Shown in pieces: positions 39,389-51,710 of a DNA stretch of 64,000 nt. A model generated the notes under the pieces. It searched no databases. It saw nothing but the letters and a program-made list of their open reading frames with translations, and had not been told where the DNA came from. Positions within the stretch are counted from its first letter, which is position 1, and each line of letters begins with the position of its first letter. Source of the DNA: Selaginella moellendorffii (lineage: Eukaryota > Plantae > Lycopodiophyta); the NCBI RefSeq assembly GCF_000143415.4, contig NW_003314305.1, positions 619,709 through 683,708 of the forward strand. Direction: 5' to 3'. Made by a program: the position numbers and the translations under genes.

Positions 39389-41148
39389 TTTGGTCATTGA
39401 GGCGGGAAATCCTATAAGAGTGAGTTGCCAAGTAGTTGTTTTACAACTATCTTGGGTGTTTTAGGAACAATATTGTCCGAAACCACAAGCGAGAAGGCTT
39501 CGTTGTTCATTAGTGCAAGTGCCTCCCCGCAGGCTAACACTTTGCAAAAGAATGTGTGTTGGCTGTTTTATCAGCCCCACTAATATATTAATGTTTATGC
39601 ACCCATTCTAGTTGCTATTGCACCTCGGGGGTGGTCATCACATCCATGGACGGGGTACTTTTGCAATGCTGTAATCCCATTCGAACCTAGTGATTTATAT
39701 GCTATTTAATTGTGGCTTCATTGCTTGGTTAGTTTCGGATATAAACCTCTGGGATTATACTGGCAATACAATCCTAAGCATCACAGATTTCAGGAATAAT
39801 TTTTGCCATCTTGAGTGGTTTTGGGGTGATGTGATTAAGACTTCTAGATGACAGCTATGAGTGCTTGTGAGCCAAAGATTTTTGGGTTTAGCATTCATAC
39901 ATGGCTAGTCTCATCAAAGTAGTTTACCCATGGCCATCGTTTGCATTCGCAAACTTGAGGTTCAAGGGTGTTCTAATTGCAAAAAACCTCTTTGGGTTTA
40001 TAAAAGTCATGCTTGATCTAGGGTTTATATATCTAGCCAAATGTGATGGGATCAAGGAAATCTATGTCCAGACTAATCAATTCCATACACTCTCCCATAA
40101 GAGTTCAGATATTGATCCTCTTGAATCTAGTACTGATATATCAGAGGTGGACAAATTTTCATTCGCTCTTTATTCCTTTTTTGACCAGCCATTTTCTTCT
40201 GGTCAAATGATGGGATGTAGTGTAGAGTACACTATATAAGCAATCATGAGAGCATTTTCATTAGATACCAATCATGGAAGAAGAAAATAGAAATTATTTA
40301 TTGCTGCTTTCTTGCACTAAGCCTCTTGTGTAACTTTTGTTTACTCAAGCTTGCATTGGCCTCAGACGTTTAGAGATTGATGGTGGTGTCCCAGTCTCCT
40401 ATGATGTCAACCTAAAAGATGTTTGTCCATCCTAACAATCAAGTTTCCGATTCAATGGTAAACCTCGTGACCTTGCTGGCGTGTGCTTTGAGGATGATGT
40501 AGGTGAAAAAGCACCATTACTTTCACTACCATTGCATCGTGAGGACATTGAAGATTTGTACTACTGGACAGGGATGAACTTACATATGTTCACCTTAGTC
40601 TGGCCATGCGGGATGAACTCTAGATTTAGGTTGGCTGGCTTTTTTGCCACCTCAATAGCAGTTGCTTGCATCCATTATTGAATTTGCAGGAAAGCAGCTA
40701 TCTGGAGGATTACCTGTGGATTAGTAGTGAGTAGGGACCTTCACATCCCTAGCAATCACAACAGTAGTACGGTCGAAGCTGATTCCATGTACATTGGTCC
40801 CCTTGTGATAGGTTCTAAGTTTTAATATTCAAAAATGCATCCCCATCACATCATCCATGGAAAGTAGTCTGCTTGAAAACTTCATCCGCAGTCTTTTGGA
40901 ATGGGATAGCCAGTTTATAAGCATAGTTCCCCAAAGTTGCATCTTGGTAGGACACTTCTAGTGTTTGTTTTGACCACTATATTGCATCTGTTCTTAGTAA
41001 AGCCGCCATCTGAATCTAGTTAGATGCCTCCAGAGGGGACATCGATTCGTAAGTGTCCAGAACTTATATGGTTTTGGAAGGCGGTGTGAAGTTGCATCAA
41101 GAACTCGTGTTGTGGCAAAAGGGAACTTCCATCCATTCAAATGTGTAC

Positions 41149-44100
41149 AGCTAGGCAAACCTAATTACAAGATATAACTATTCGCCTTCATGGCCATGAG
41201 TGCTAGATTTTCTCACACCGAAAGGTATGAAGCAACAAGGAAAACCCTAACATTAGAGTTTCTTGCTTGTATCCATTGCCACTACATTCTCCATGAGCAC
41301 GTCCACAAGCAAAGCAAGATTGGGCAGCTATAGGGCTATGCACTAGCACAACCACTTGCATTCCTCACCCATACCAGGATCAACAGCCACTTCATTGTGC
41401 ATCACAAGAATGAGCAATGCCAACAAAGTGTTTGTTTGGGTCTAGCTCAAAATGAACTCACACCCACTACTAAGGTTGTGAGGAATCTCACTACCTCTTT
41501 CTTGGCTGCACAAAAAAAGGTACAAATGATTCATTTTCTGTGTTTCTCCTCACCCTCGGCCTGTAGGAACTCTTTACGGCCAGAACGCCGGAACTTAACA
41601 TTGCAACACAAGGGGCTTTCATGCGACTGGACGGTGAGATTCATGAGGCAGCGGAAAGTAATCAAGTTGAGCATGTTCTCTAGATTTTGTCCTTGGATGT
41701 CACTTCTGATGTGCAGCTTGGACATGTACTTGAGTACATTGGCTCGTGAGCATTAGTTGTGCAAGTCTCATTTCATTCTTGAATCCTAGTTGTGTACCTT
41801 TACAAAAATGAGAGATAGAGCTACTTGAGCTTGCATTACTAATCCTCGTCTTCCATGATACAAGTATCCCTAGACACCCAAACCGTAGGAGGTGACATAG
41901 GAAATGTTTGGAGATATCGTTTTGGTCATGATAGGTACCAGGTTACGTGATGGATGATCCTATACCCCAGATGAATGTTCTGGAAATGGCCTAGTCAATC
42001 TGCTTAACCAAAAATACTTATGAGGGATAGCCGTGCTAGAGTGTGATACTTGGATACTAATACAGAATGCCACACAATTTCCTCCCACTTTCCCGCTGAA
42101 TTGGATATGGACTGATGTGTGGCCTTTTCAAGATTTCTAGCTACCTAAGATGATGGAGTACACAAACACTGATGATTTGTGGCTCCTGTCCTGGCTGTGT
42201 AGTACTTCCTATTGCTCCTAGCCACAAAGAAACTAGACCACTTGTGAGAGATCTTTGTGTACGAGAAAAAGATTGCAGACATGCCATTATCATGTTGATG
42301 GGATAACAAAGTTTTTTGTAAACAAGAGTTTTCTTTAAAACAAATCCTTTGTTATCAAATAGTAGAGTCTATCCCATTGTGGGAAGATGAAATTTGTATT
42401 GTATTTTCCAGTTGTCAAATAGAACATAAATCTAATCAATAGTTTGCTTATGCTATTTGTTCTAAGCACAACCAAGGAATTCATGGTAAGTTTGAAGAAA
42501 TTTTTCTTTTGTTGTTCTCTATCCAAAAAGGCATAGAAATTGAATTTATTATGTTTCAATAAAATACCCAAGGAGTGAAATGCATTGAGTAGAGGACAGA
42601 ATCTCCTACTCTCAACCTAAGTTTGCCAAATCATCAACATGTGGTGGGTGATTGGCCAGTTCTCTCCAAAAGTCAAAGAAAATGTCAAGCACTGTTTATA
42701 CTAGTGTCAATGGGCCATTCAAAATAATCTAGTGCAGACTACAAAGGATTAGTCATCTTAGTGCAAATTGATGGAATCCATTTGCCACAAAGCACTTAAC
42801 AAGATTATCAATCTCAAGGACAACACCACCAGTAATATTAATCATATAGAAGAGTGCAAAAACTTATCCCAAGATTATTTTAGATGCATTTACAATAGAG
42901 TAAATTAGAATCTCAATGGATGTATATCAAGATCCGGAATGGAAGTGATCTACACCTATCATACTTTGTTGTTAGAAAAGTACTATCAACCTATATGATC
43001 TAGATCTGAAGGCTTAGGAAATGAGTTGACAAATTAATGAGCAAGCCATTAGTGCCAATAAATGGATTGTCCATCTCATTTTGCATGGCAAAGAATTGTA
43101 GTAGATATATCTAGAATGGATTTCCTTCTGACTTGATTTGATCAGGGTCAAAGAAGTAAAGGATCATAGGATTGTTCATCGATACAAGATCATCCATATA
43201 TCTGAACGTATATTCAAAAAAGCAAAGTAAATCATACTAGCCTAATTATGCAAGTCGAGTAAAAAAGTTATACTTGGGTATAGGTTACACCATAAAGGTG
43301 AGCATAAGAAACCCATAGGGATTCCTCGAACCTGTCTCCATACTCTATTCCCCAAGCAAATATATGTGTGTCGGATGATGAAGTTGTTTAGTTTGATGAC
43401 TTTTGCTAGTTCCATTCTAGTAGCTTTTACCGATGAGTAGTGCAAAGGTTTCCATTCGGCCTCAAATTTGTCATTCTTTTTTTGGATTAAAAAAAAAAAC
43501 TTTTTGGAGGTGATTTTGGTGTGTGAAAGCTAGGTTGACAAAATGTGTTATAAGCATCATAAAGCTTTAGTCCCCTCAAGGGGAATTGTTTCATAGCATT
43601 TGGTTATATTTTTAGTATAGATCGTTGTGATTCTATCAGGGGAATTTATTATAAACTCTTGTGTAATCTAAGTATTTAGCATGTGCTTGTTTTTCCTCTA
43701 AAGAACTTTAGCTATACATAGAAATCATCAACTATGTTTTGTAGTGCCTCATGTATCCCTTTCAAAATAGCTGTTAAGCATATTGTGATTTTCGAGAAAA
43801 CACATCCATCCATGTTTGTTAACTAGTGCATCTTATTTTTATACACTTTATAGATTCCTATAAGGTATAGGAGATCTAGTTATTGAGGTGGGAAATCTTG
43901 TAAGAGTGGGTTGTTAAGTAGTTGTTTTACAACTATCTTAGGTGTTTTAGGGACATTATTGTCCAAAACTACAAGCGAGAAGTGTTCGTTGTTCATCCGC
44001 ACAAATGCTTCTTTGTAAGCTAACGCTTTGTAGAAGAATGTGGGTGTATTAACTACTTTATCAGCCTCACTAATATATAAATGTTTATACACCCATTCCA

Positions 44101-45085
44101 ATTGCCATTGTGTCTCAGGGGTGGTCATCACATCTATGGACAGGGTACTTTGGCAATTTTGTAATGCCATTTAAACTCGGTAATTTATGTGCTGTTTAAC
44201 AATAGCTTCATTGCTTGGCCAATTTCAAATGTAAATCTCTAGGATTATATTGGCAATGCAATCCTAAGCATTATAGATTTCAGGAATAATTTTTGCCATC
44301 TTAAGTGCTTTTGGGGTGATGTGATTAAGACATTTTAGATGACAACTACAAATGCTCATGAGCCAAGGATTTTTGGGTCTAACATTCATACATGGCCAGT
44401 CTCATTGAGATAGCTTACCTATGGCCATCATTTGCACTCTGAAACTTGAGGCTCAAGGGTGTCTCAATTGCAAAAAAAACTTCTTTGGATGCTTGATTTG
44501 GGGTTTATATCTCTAGACGGCATTAAGGAGATTTCTATCTAGACTAATCAATTCCATGCACTCTCTCATAAGAGTTTAAATATTAATCCTCTTGAATTCA
44601 ACATTGATATATTGGAGGTGGACAAATTTTTGTTCACTCTCCATTCCTTCTTTGACTAGCCATTTTCTTCCAGCCAAATGATAGATGTAGTGTAGAGTAT
44701 ATTGTGTAAGCAATCACAAGAGCATTTTCATTAGATACCAATCATGGAAGAAGAAAACAGAAATTATTTATCATTGCTTTCTTGTATTGAGCCTCTTGTA
44801 TAACTTCTATTTATTTGAGCTTGCATTGGCCTCAAATGTTTTAGAGATTGATGGTGGTGTGCTAATCTCCTATGCTGTCACCCCAGTAAACATTATCCAT
44901 CTTAGTGATTATGTTTTTAATTCAGTGGTAAGCCTCATGACCTTCGATAATGCTCCTCATGACACATTCTCCAGGAGTGCATCCACAAGCAAAGCAAGGT
45001 TGGGCAACTGCAAGGCTATGCACTAGCATAACCATGCACATTCCTTGCCCACACTAGGTTTAACAGCCACATCATTGTGCATCGC
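41149..45085 (-). mobile_element. Decayed Penelope-like retroelement, copy 2, with terminal direct repeats (pLTR-like)
   Basis: LNNFI..YICLGNRVWRQVRGIPMGFLCSPLWCNLY (43242-43445), TFRYMDDLVSMNNP at about 43165-43215, HLYISEADKVVNTPTF. Segment 41149-41765 is repeated at 35017-35692 and partly at 44960-45085. Confidence 0.78.
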
Positions 45086-45090
45086 ATTGG

Positions 45091-45704
45091 TTCGTCGCAC
45101 ATGCAAGATGAAACCAGCAAGATGAAAAAACTCAATTTTGCAAGTTAAATCCAAACCTTGAAGGGGGAATAAATGATTCAACTCCAGGGGTAAGAACAGT
45201 CTTTTCCACTTACACTAGGTCTCATGTAGCCAACTTCTTGTAGACGGAGGAAGAGCTCTCTAGGTTTGGTAGTTTCCTCAAGAATCCAACTTTTGATTGA
45301 GTGAGAGAGCATACAGGCCGCATTCAGGAGTAAGGTGTTGAATATCACTAGCTTGATCACTTACGTGCTACATGGACTGGGAGTGGTAATCTATTGGGGC
45401 TAGGAGTGGACATTTAAGTCTTTCTTCTCACTCAACTTTCAGTTGGTGGGGTTTGTACATTATCATTGTCCAGGTATGTCAGTTCGTTCATTTCTTAGAG
45501 AGTTCTTACTGTGGGTTTTCCGATACAGAGATCATCCAAGAAGGCCTGCCTCAACAACATTGCTGGTGATGGCACTTGGAGGAAAATCGTTTATGCTGTA
45601 GTGCTAGTGTTGGTCATTTTAACGCTGTTGCCGTTGTGGGATGGCTTGGCCACCCAAGAACCGGACTTGCTATCTATTTATGTGAAAGCTTCCAGGAGAA
45701 ACGA
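45091..45704 (+). repeat. Left arm of a ~600-bp inverted repeat (pairs with 48806-49370)
   Basis: gatgaaaaaactc..ttttgcaagttaaatc, acagtcttttccacttacac, gagtgagagagcatacaggccgcattc and tatttatgtgaaagcttccaggagaaacga are reverse complements of sequence in 48806-49370. Confidence 0.88.
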
Positions 45705-45715
45705 CGGTTTTTTCC

Positions 45716-48700
45716 CCAACGTGAACTCTTAGGTGGAGGCGCTGTGCAAGGCCAGGAAGATCTTCAAGGGACACGAGCTGTTCAAGCAGCTCATCTCTCT
45801 GGGATTCATTTCCAGCAGCGACATGTGCTACAATCGTCAACAGGCTTTGTAGGCACCAGTCTCAAGAAGAGAAAAGCGAAGAAGAATATGAAGATGATGC
45901 AGAAGAAGCTCTGAGGGAGATGATCGATAGTGGATTTGTGCCTGACGACTTGATCAGAGAAACAAAACGAAGAAATAACAGGAATTTTCTTAAAGATTTT
46001 GTTTCCTTGGATTAGACTTTGTTACACTGAAAGTTTGACTGAAGCAGGGTCTTGGACTAGACTCTGGTGTTTGACTAACCAGAGCAGTGTCTTTGACTAC
46101 GACTAAGTCAGTCAAACAAGTGAGTCATGCACGTTTACTTTCGTACACAGAGCAAACTAGTCACTATGAGTCTCTCCATTCATTCTCAAGGTTTTTACAC
46201 TTGGAGGAGGATTCATTCACCATGATGAGGAAGCTGCAGATCATAGTGGTCGATCTTGGTTGTGATTCTTAATATTGCTTTTCACGTCCCATAGCCAGGA
46301 AGATGGTGTACGGAGTGATCAAGGTTCCTCATTTGGAAGATCCCGTTCTTGGGCCTCAGGTCTTCTACAAGAGAAAGAAGTCACCGTAATCGTTTCTGTA
46401 GAACAAAGAATAAGGCTGTGAGAAAAACAAATTGCTTAAATACCAAAAGAAAAAATAACACCTAGTTTTAGAAACAGTAGCACCAAATCTTAAGCTACTC
46501 AGATTTCCATCTCCTGCTTCTCATTCTCGTTGACATTGCTCACTTAGGACGTGAATCTTGTGAGTTGATCATTCTCTTGTTTTATCTTTTCATTTTCTTG
46601 CTTGATCTTCTCATTCTCCTGTTTGATAATCTCATTCTCCAGCTTAATCATCTTGTTATGCTCACTTATCCTTTTAACATGGTGACTGAAAGCCTTAACT
46701 CTCCTGCTTCTGGTTCATACTGTCAGCCACTAATCCAAGCTCTCGAGATGCAGACTGTTGAAGTCATTCGTCTTGTTGGCCAGCTGAGTAGTTGTCGTGC
46801 TCAGCTTGCCTTGAAGGCCTTCCAACTCTTTTTTCGCCACTCCCTTTCCATCCATGAGCTGTTGGGTTACAAGGTCAGAGTAAGGTGAACAGTCGCGACC
46901 GAGACTGTGAAAGGAAAATCTGCTGAAGTGAGTGGCTCCTTTGCTATCACCCACTTCCAGCTTCCGCCAAGACAAGCAAAAGAATGTCACGAGCAACGAG
47001 ACGAGCATCTGGATCGTGGAGCTAACGGAAGTTCATGCTTTAACTCAAGGTGGACATCGCAAAGGGAAAGTTATCTCGTATGAAACATTGACCCAGCTTT
47101 TGCAAGAGATCATGCTTTGGATTTTACGCTCTGTGTGAGGCACCCATCTAAGGTGTGCAAACCATACGTGAAAAAGAGATGGATCTGGTTATGGTTGACC
47201 CATTATAGTTATGCAAAAGAGGAAGGAATAAACTTTTAGGGCATAGTGGAATCTAGCACATGGCAAATCCACACCGTTGATCTCAAACGGGTCAAACTTT
47301 TTAGTTTCAAAGAAGCGACCTGCTATTGCAACAAATCCTGTTGCTGCTGCTTCAACGAGGCTCTCGAGTTAGCACCAGTGCCGCAGAGAGAATGAGAACT
47401 CCTTCCTCGGCCCCTCATCCCTGACGATGCTGCTGTTGAGTGGCGGTTGAGACTGGCCTGGCGACAAGAAGAAATCGTCCAGCTTCGTTGCAATGCGGTT
47501 GTTGTGATTCTTCTTGTTGTTGATCGCTGCTGCTGCTGCTGCTGGTGTTGTTGCGGAAGAGTGACCGAAGAAATCGTCTGCGTTTTGGAAACTCCCAAGC
47601 GCCAGTAGTCCGTGGCCCAGATGTTTCCCTTGGTTGTCATACTGATCCCATCCCATCTTTGGCTGCCTCGCCATCCTTGAGTCCTCGCTTCCTTTCAATT
47701 TCCCTGCTGAAAAAGAAGCTTGTTATCAACTGCGGTCCCTCAAATAGCAATGAAATGATTGGGGAATTCCTTCACAAACTGCATGTACTTCATGAATTTC
47801 TGAAGTTTGAGCTGTTGTGGTAACACATGTTCGGCAGCAAATTCCACGCCAAACTATGACAAGAGAGTGAGTCCAGTAAAATTTATAAGGAACAAAAAAG
47901 TTTTCCGCGAAATCAGCCTCTTCCGCAAAGAGATCGAGCCGTCATTGTATGTGCAAGCGGCAAGCATCGAGTTCCAGGAGACAAGGTTGCGCTCCTCGGG
48001 CATTCGATCGAAGATGCGCTTGGCCGCAGCAATATGAGGATGTGCAAGGCTGGGACGATGGTGGTGAAGAAGGAGAGTCTTGCTCTCCGGACAACGTCGT
48101 CTATAGTATCCTCATCAACGCGTGCTGCAATGTCTGGGAAGATCTACGATGGCGAGAAGCTGCTGGCAGAGATGCTGGAGAAGAAGCTCCAGCCGGACGT
48201 GGTGTGCTTCAGCTCGCTCGTCGATTGCCTGGACAAGGCTGGTCGATACGGCGACGCTTATCGGCTCTTCCGGAGGATGGAGAAAGGGTGCAAGCCATCG
48301 CGTCGGTGATGCTGGACTCTTTCACGAAACGGGGAGAAGTAGCGCAGGCTCTGGAGCTCGTCGACGAGTTCGTGGACTTGCCGCTGCCATCGGCGGATCT
48401 TGAACCAGCTCGTCAAGACGATTGTGGTGGAAGATGGCGTCCGGCTACTCAAGACGATAGGGAGCTCTGCCGGAGGAAAAACGCTGGCGAGGCGCTGGAG
48501 CTGGTGAAGGAGATGCGAGCGGCTGGCTAAACGTCCGTGGATCTCTCGTGCGCGATCGAGATGCTGTGCAAGATGAAGATGGTGGAGGTTGTACGAGGAG
48601 ATGAAATCCTCGCAGCAGCAGGAGCTCCTCCCAAGCGTCTCCACTTACAATATTCTTTTGGAGAGCTTGTGCCGCGAGGGACGGCTGGGACTTGTTCCAG

Positions 48701-48806
48701 GAGATGATCGAGAGCCCCCGACGTGAACTCTTACGAGATCTTGGTGGAGGCGCTGTGCAAGGCCGGGAAGATCTTCCAGGGGCACGAGCTGTTCAAGCAG
48801 CTCATC
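45716..48806. pseudogene. Inverted, deletion-riddled, circularly permuted copy of the 22.5-30.2 kb block (PPR 3' end, peptide gene, coiled-coil relic, SCYL2 3' end, PLS-PPR piece, P-PPR middle)
   Basis: 45716-47880 corresponds to rc(26870 to 22500); 47915-48037 to rc(30220 to 30088); 48041-48806 to rc(27670 to 26770). All pieces are frameshifted. Confidence 0.88.
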
Positions 48807-49370
48807 GTTTCTCCTGGAAGCTTTCACATAAATAGATCGAGCGAGTCCGGGTTTCAATGCCAATGCCAAGCTGGGTGGCCAAGCCATCCCACAACGGCAA
48901 GAGCGTCAAAACGACCAACACCAGCGTCACAGCATAGGCGATTTGCCTCCAAGTGCCAACACCAGTAACGTCGTTGAGGCAGGCCTTCTCGGACGATCTC
49001 TGTATCGGAAAACACACAGTAAGAACTCTCTAAGAAACGAAAGAACCAACATTACCTGGAATGCGTGAAAGTTGAGTGAGAAGAAAGGCTTAAACGTTCC
49101 TAAGATTACGACTCCCAGTCCGAGTAGCAAGTAAGATCAAGCCAGTGGTATCAACACCTTACTCCCGAATGCGGCCTGTATGCTCTCTCACTCAATCCAA
49201 AGTTGGATTCTAGGTAAATTGCGAACCTGTCCGTCTACAAGAAGTCGGCTACACAAGACCTGGTGTAAGTGGAAAAGACTGTTGGACTTGAATCGGGCAT
49301 TTGTTCCCCTTCAAGGGAACTTGAAGATTTAACTTGCAAAATCGAGTTTTTTCATCCTGCTTGCCACGAA
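48806..49370 (-). repeat. Right arm of the inverted repeat, immediately downstream of MED4
   Basis: Reverse complement of the left arm; ends about 45 bp from the MED4 stop. Confidence 0.88.
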
Positions 49371-49415
49371 GTAAGTCTCAAGGAACTTAGAAAGAATGCC
49401 AACTTACTTGGTTCC

Positions 49416-50430
49416 TCACTCTTCCTCGGAACTTTGCTCCTCGTTGCTGTAGTCCGAGGCGTAGTCGTCCTCGAGCTCCGGATTTAGATCCAGCTGCACG
49501 AACGGCACCTGGATTACTCCTGGAGCCGGTGCCGCTGGACCTGGAGCTGGCGGTGCCACTTCCGGCAGTGGAACCGGATCTCCGGGCTTCCATCCGGGAG
49601 GCATCGGTGGGAGCTTGATTCCGGGAGGCAGTCCGGGAAGAGTAACCGGAGTGGAAGTAGAGGGCGTGAGCTTTCCTGCTGCTGCTTCTTTCGGTGGTGA
49701 TTTTTCCACCGTTGGCGACGGCAGCGATGGCGCTGGTGGCGGTGCGGTTGCCGGAGCTTTCAAGACGCCGAGATCCATGTCGCTGAAGTGGTAGAGCTGC
49801 GAAGCTCGCATTTGCTGCTCCTGAGGAGCCGGAGCCAGCACTCCGGGCTGACCGAGAAGATAATCCGGAGGAGCAAACGTCGTGTAGCTGATCCTATGAG
49901 CGTAGGAGACGAGCTCGGACACGTCCACCTCGGCGTCCATTGTCTTCCTCTCCTTGGATGGCCGCCTGTACTCCTCGAATTCCTCCAGCGTGAGCTCCAG
50001 GACCTGCTCCGCGTCCCTGACGCGCTTGGCAAACTCCCGGATCACCGCGTCCTTGGCCGCCACCGCCTCCGCGATGCGCTGCTTCTCCTGCTCCAGGCTC
50101 TGGAGCTCGGCAATCTCGGATACCGCGTCCGATAGAAGCGATTGATGCGAGTCGAGGAGCGCCAGGACGTCTTTGGTGCTATTGGCGACCAGGCCCTCGG
50201 CGGGCACGGGAGCTCCGGCCAGGAAAGGGGGGAAGAGGCTCTTGAGATGGCTGCCTTGCCACGATTTGCTGCCTGCATCGACCAAGTCTCGATCTGGAGA
50301 GGAAAGAGAAGCAAGACGCTTGCTTACCGGCTAGCTCGAGAAGGCGCACTGTAAGGCCCGCCATGTCCTGGAGCAAGACCTGCGCGCGCCTGTGCGGAGG
50401 AAGCGACTGGACCGCGCCTCCCTCTGCCAT
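49416..50430 (-). CDS. MED4: Mediator subunit 4 (2 exons)
   Basis: STKDVL, LSDAVSEIAEL, YAHRISYTTFAPP, PAPQEQQMRASQLYHFSDMDLG, PPMPPGWKPG.PVPLP, VIQVPFVQLDL, acidic tail. GT-AG intron from 50327, probably 55 nt. Confidence 0.92.
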
Positions 50431-50557
50431 GGCCCTAGGATCTAGCCAGGGACCAAAACTTTTCGCGCCAAATATTTGAGTTTGCCAAAAGCCCTAAATG
50501 CGAATCCAAAGACAAAGGGAAAAAGAAAGGTCTGCGTTCTTTTATAAAAATTCGATA

Positions 50558-51710
50558 TCACAAGTATATGACAGTGTCCAGACTACTACTCACCCTTGGT
50601 GACCACAAACTCACGAGAAAATTCGACTCTCTTGCTGATGTACTTCTTGGCTCTTCGGTGCATCCCGTTGCTTTTCGGGTACCATAGGAGATGCATGTCG
50701 GCCTCCAGACGAATGTTAAACCCGAGCTGAAACTTGGACGCCATGCTCGCAGGCAGATGCCACACAATAACAGGAAAGTCTTCCACGCTGATTTTTGTTC
50801 GTCCTCCTCGAAAAGGCGGCTAGAAAGAAAACGAATTTGAAAAGAATCAACCTTGAGGGAAATTGACCCGGAGTATGGTTTGGATGGATTATACTTCATG
50901 CCGTTGTGATTCCAGTGAAGTAATTTCCACTCGACCTTTGCAATGTTCCCTGAAGGTTCAACATGGATCGACTCGTACCCTATTGGCTCTTGGCGTGACT
51001 GCCCCCACTTCTTCTTGAATGTGAACGATACTGCCCATGAATTAAATCGAGCTCCAATCTCACCTTCGATGTTCTTGGTGAGAGTGCTAGAATTGGCATT
51101 AACACGGCTGCCGTTGTAGTCATAGATAGTAATGGCAGAGTTTTTCATCTCGCCAAGCTGTGGATTAATATGGAGTTTGATGCGGTATCCTAGAACCTTG
51201 GTGTTGATGATTACATCGTTGTCGTCCACACCGAGAAAGAAGTTCTTGATCTCCAGAGCCACCTCGGTGTTGGCGCAGCTCTCCCGTAAGGATGGGAGGA
51301 TCACCATCGAAGCATCCACGAGCTGCTGGCTCTTGGGCGATCGAAACATCCACGAGCTGCTGACTGCCCAAGAGCCAGCAGCTTGCTGTTGTCTCCACTC
51401 CACCCTTCCGAACCCACGAAGAAGATCGATTGTCTCCCTCTTGCATGAACTTTCATGCCACCATTTGCCCTGCCTTGGTCGGGCTCCGGCTTCCATATTG
51501 TTCTTGAACGTCTCTAGCAGTCGGTCTCCAAACCTCCGGATCGTCAGAATAGTTGTCTTCTCCAGAAAAGTCAATTGCCATGAATGGCTTTGAGGCCAGC
51601 CGAAGGAGAGCCAAGGCCTCCTGGAACCTCTTTGAACGCCTGCTTCTTGCCATCCAGCTGCTTGACAAGGTCCATTTCTTCTGCTAGCTCCTGGTATTTA
51701 AATGCCTGGC
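50558..51710 (-). CDS. Uncharacterised beta-strand-rich protein or pseudogene (frame changes near 51575 and 50820)
   Basis: 338-codon open frame with globular-looking composition; plausible coding continues in adjacent frames. Confidence 0.4.

Larger units (their letters stand above)
35017..40460 (-). mobile_element. Decayed Penelope-like retroelement (Naiad/Chlamys-type RT), copy 1, interrupted by a solo LTR
   Basis: Minus-strand relic YLGNRV..GIPMGFSCSSLWCNLYLFYFE..FLTRLA..FKYTFRYMDDLVSMNNP at about 35960-36180, ADK motif region near 39570, many stops. Confidence 0.75.

Noticed and set aside
45091-49370. Canonical Pack-MULE call
   Set aside because: No target-site duplication, the arms look like gene-flank sequence, and all cargo derives from the adjacent locus.
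50294-50327. Ultra-short 34-nt intron in MED4
   Set aside because: An in-frame acceptor 21 nt further gives a 55-nt intron typical of this window and a better alignment to MED4 homologs.
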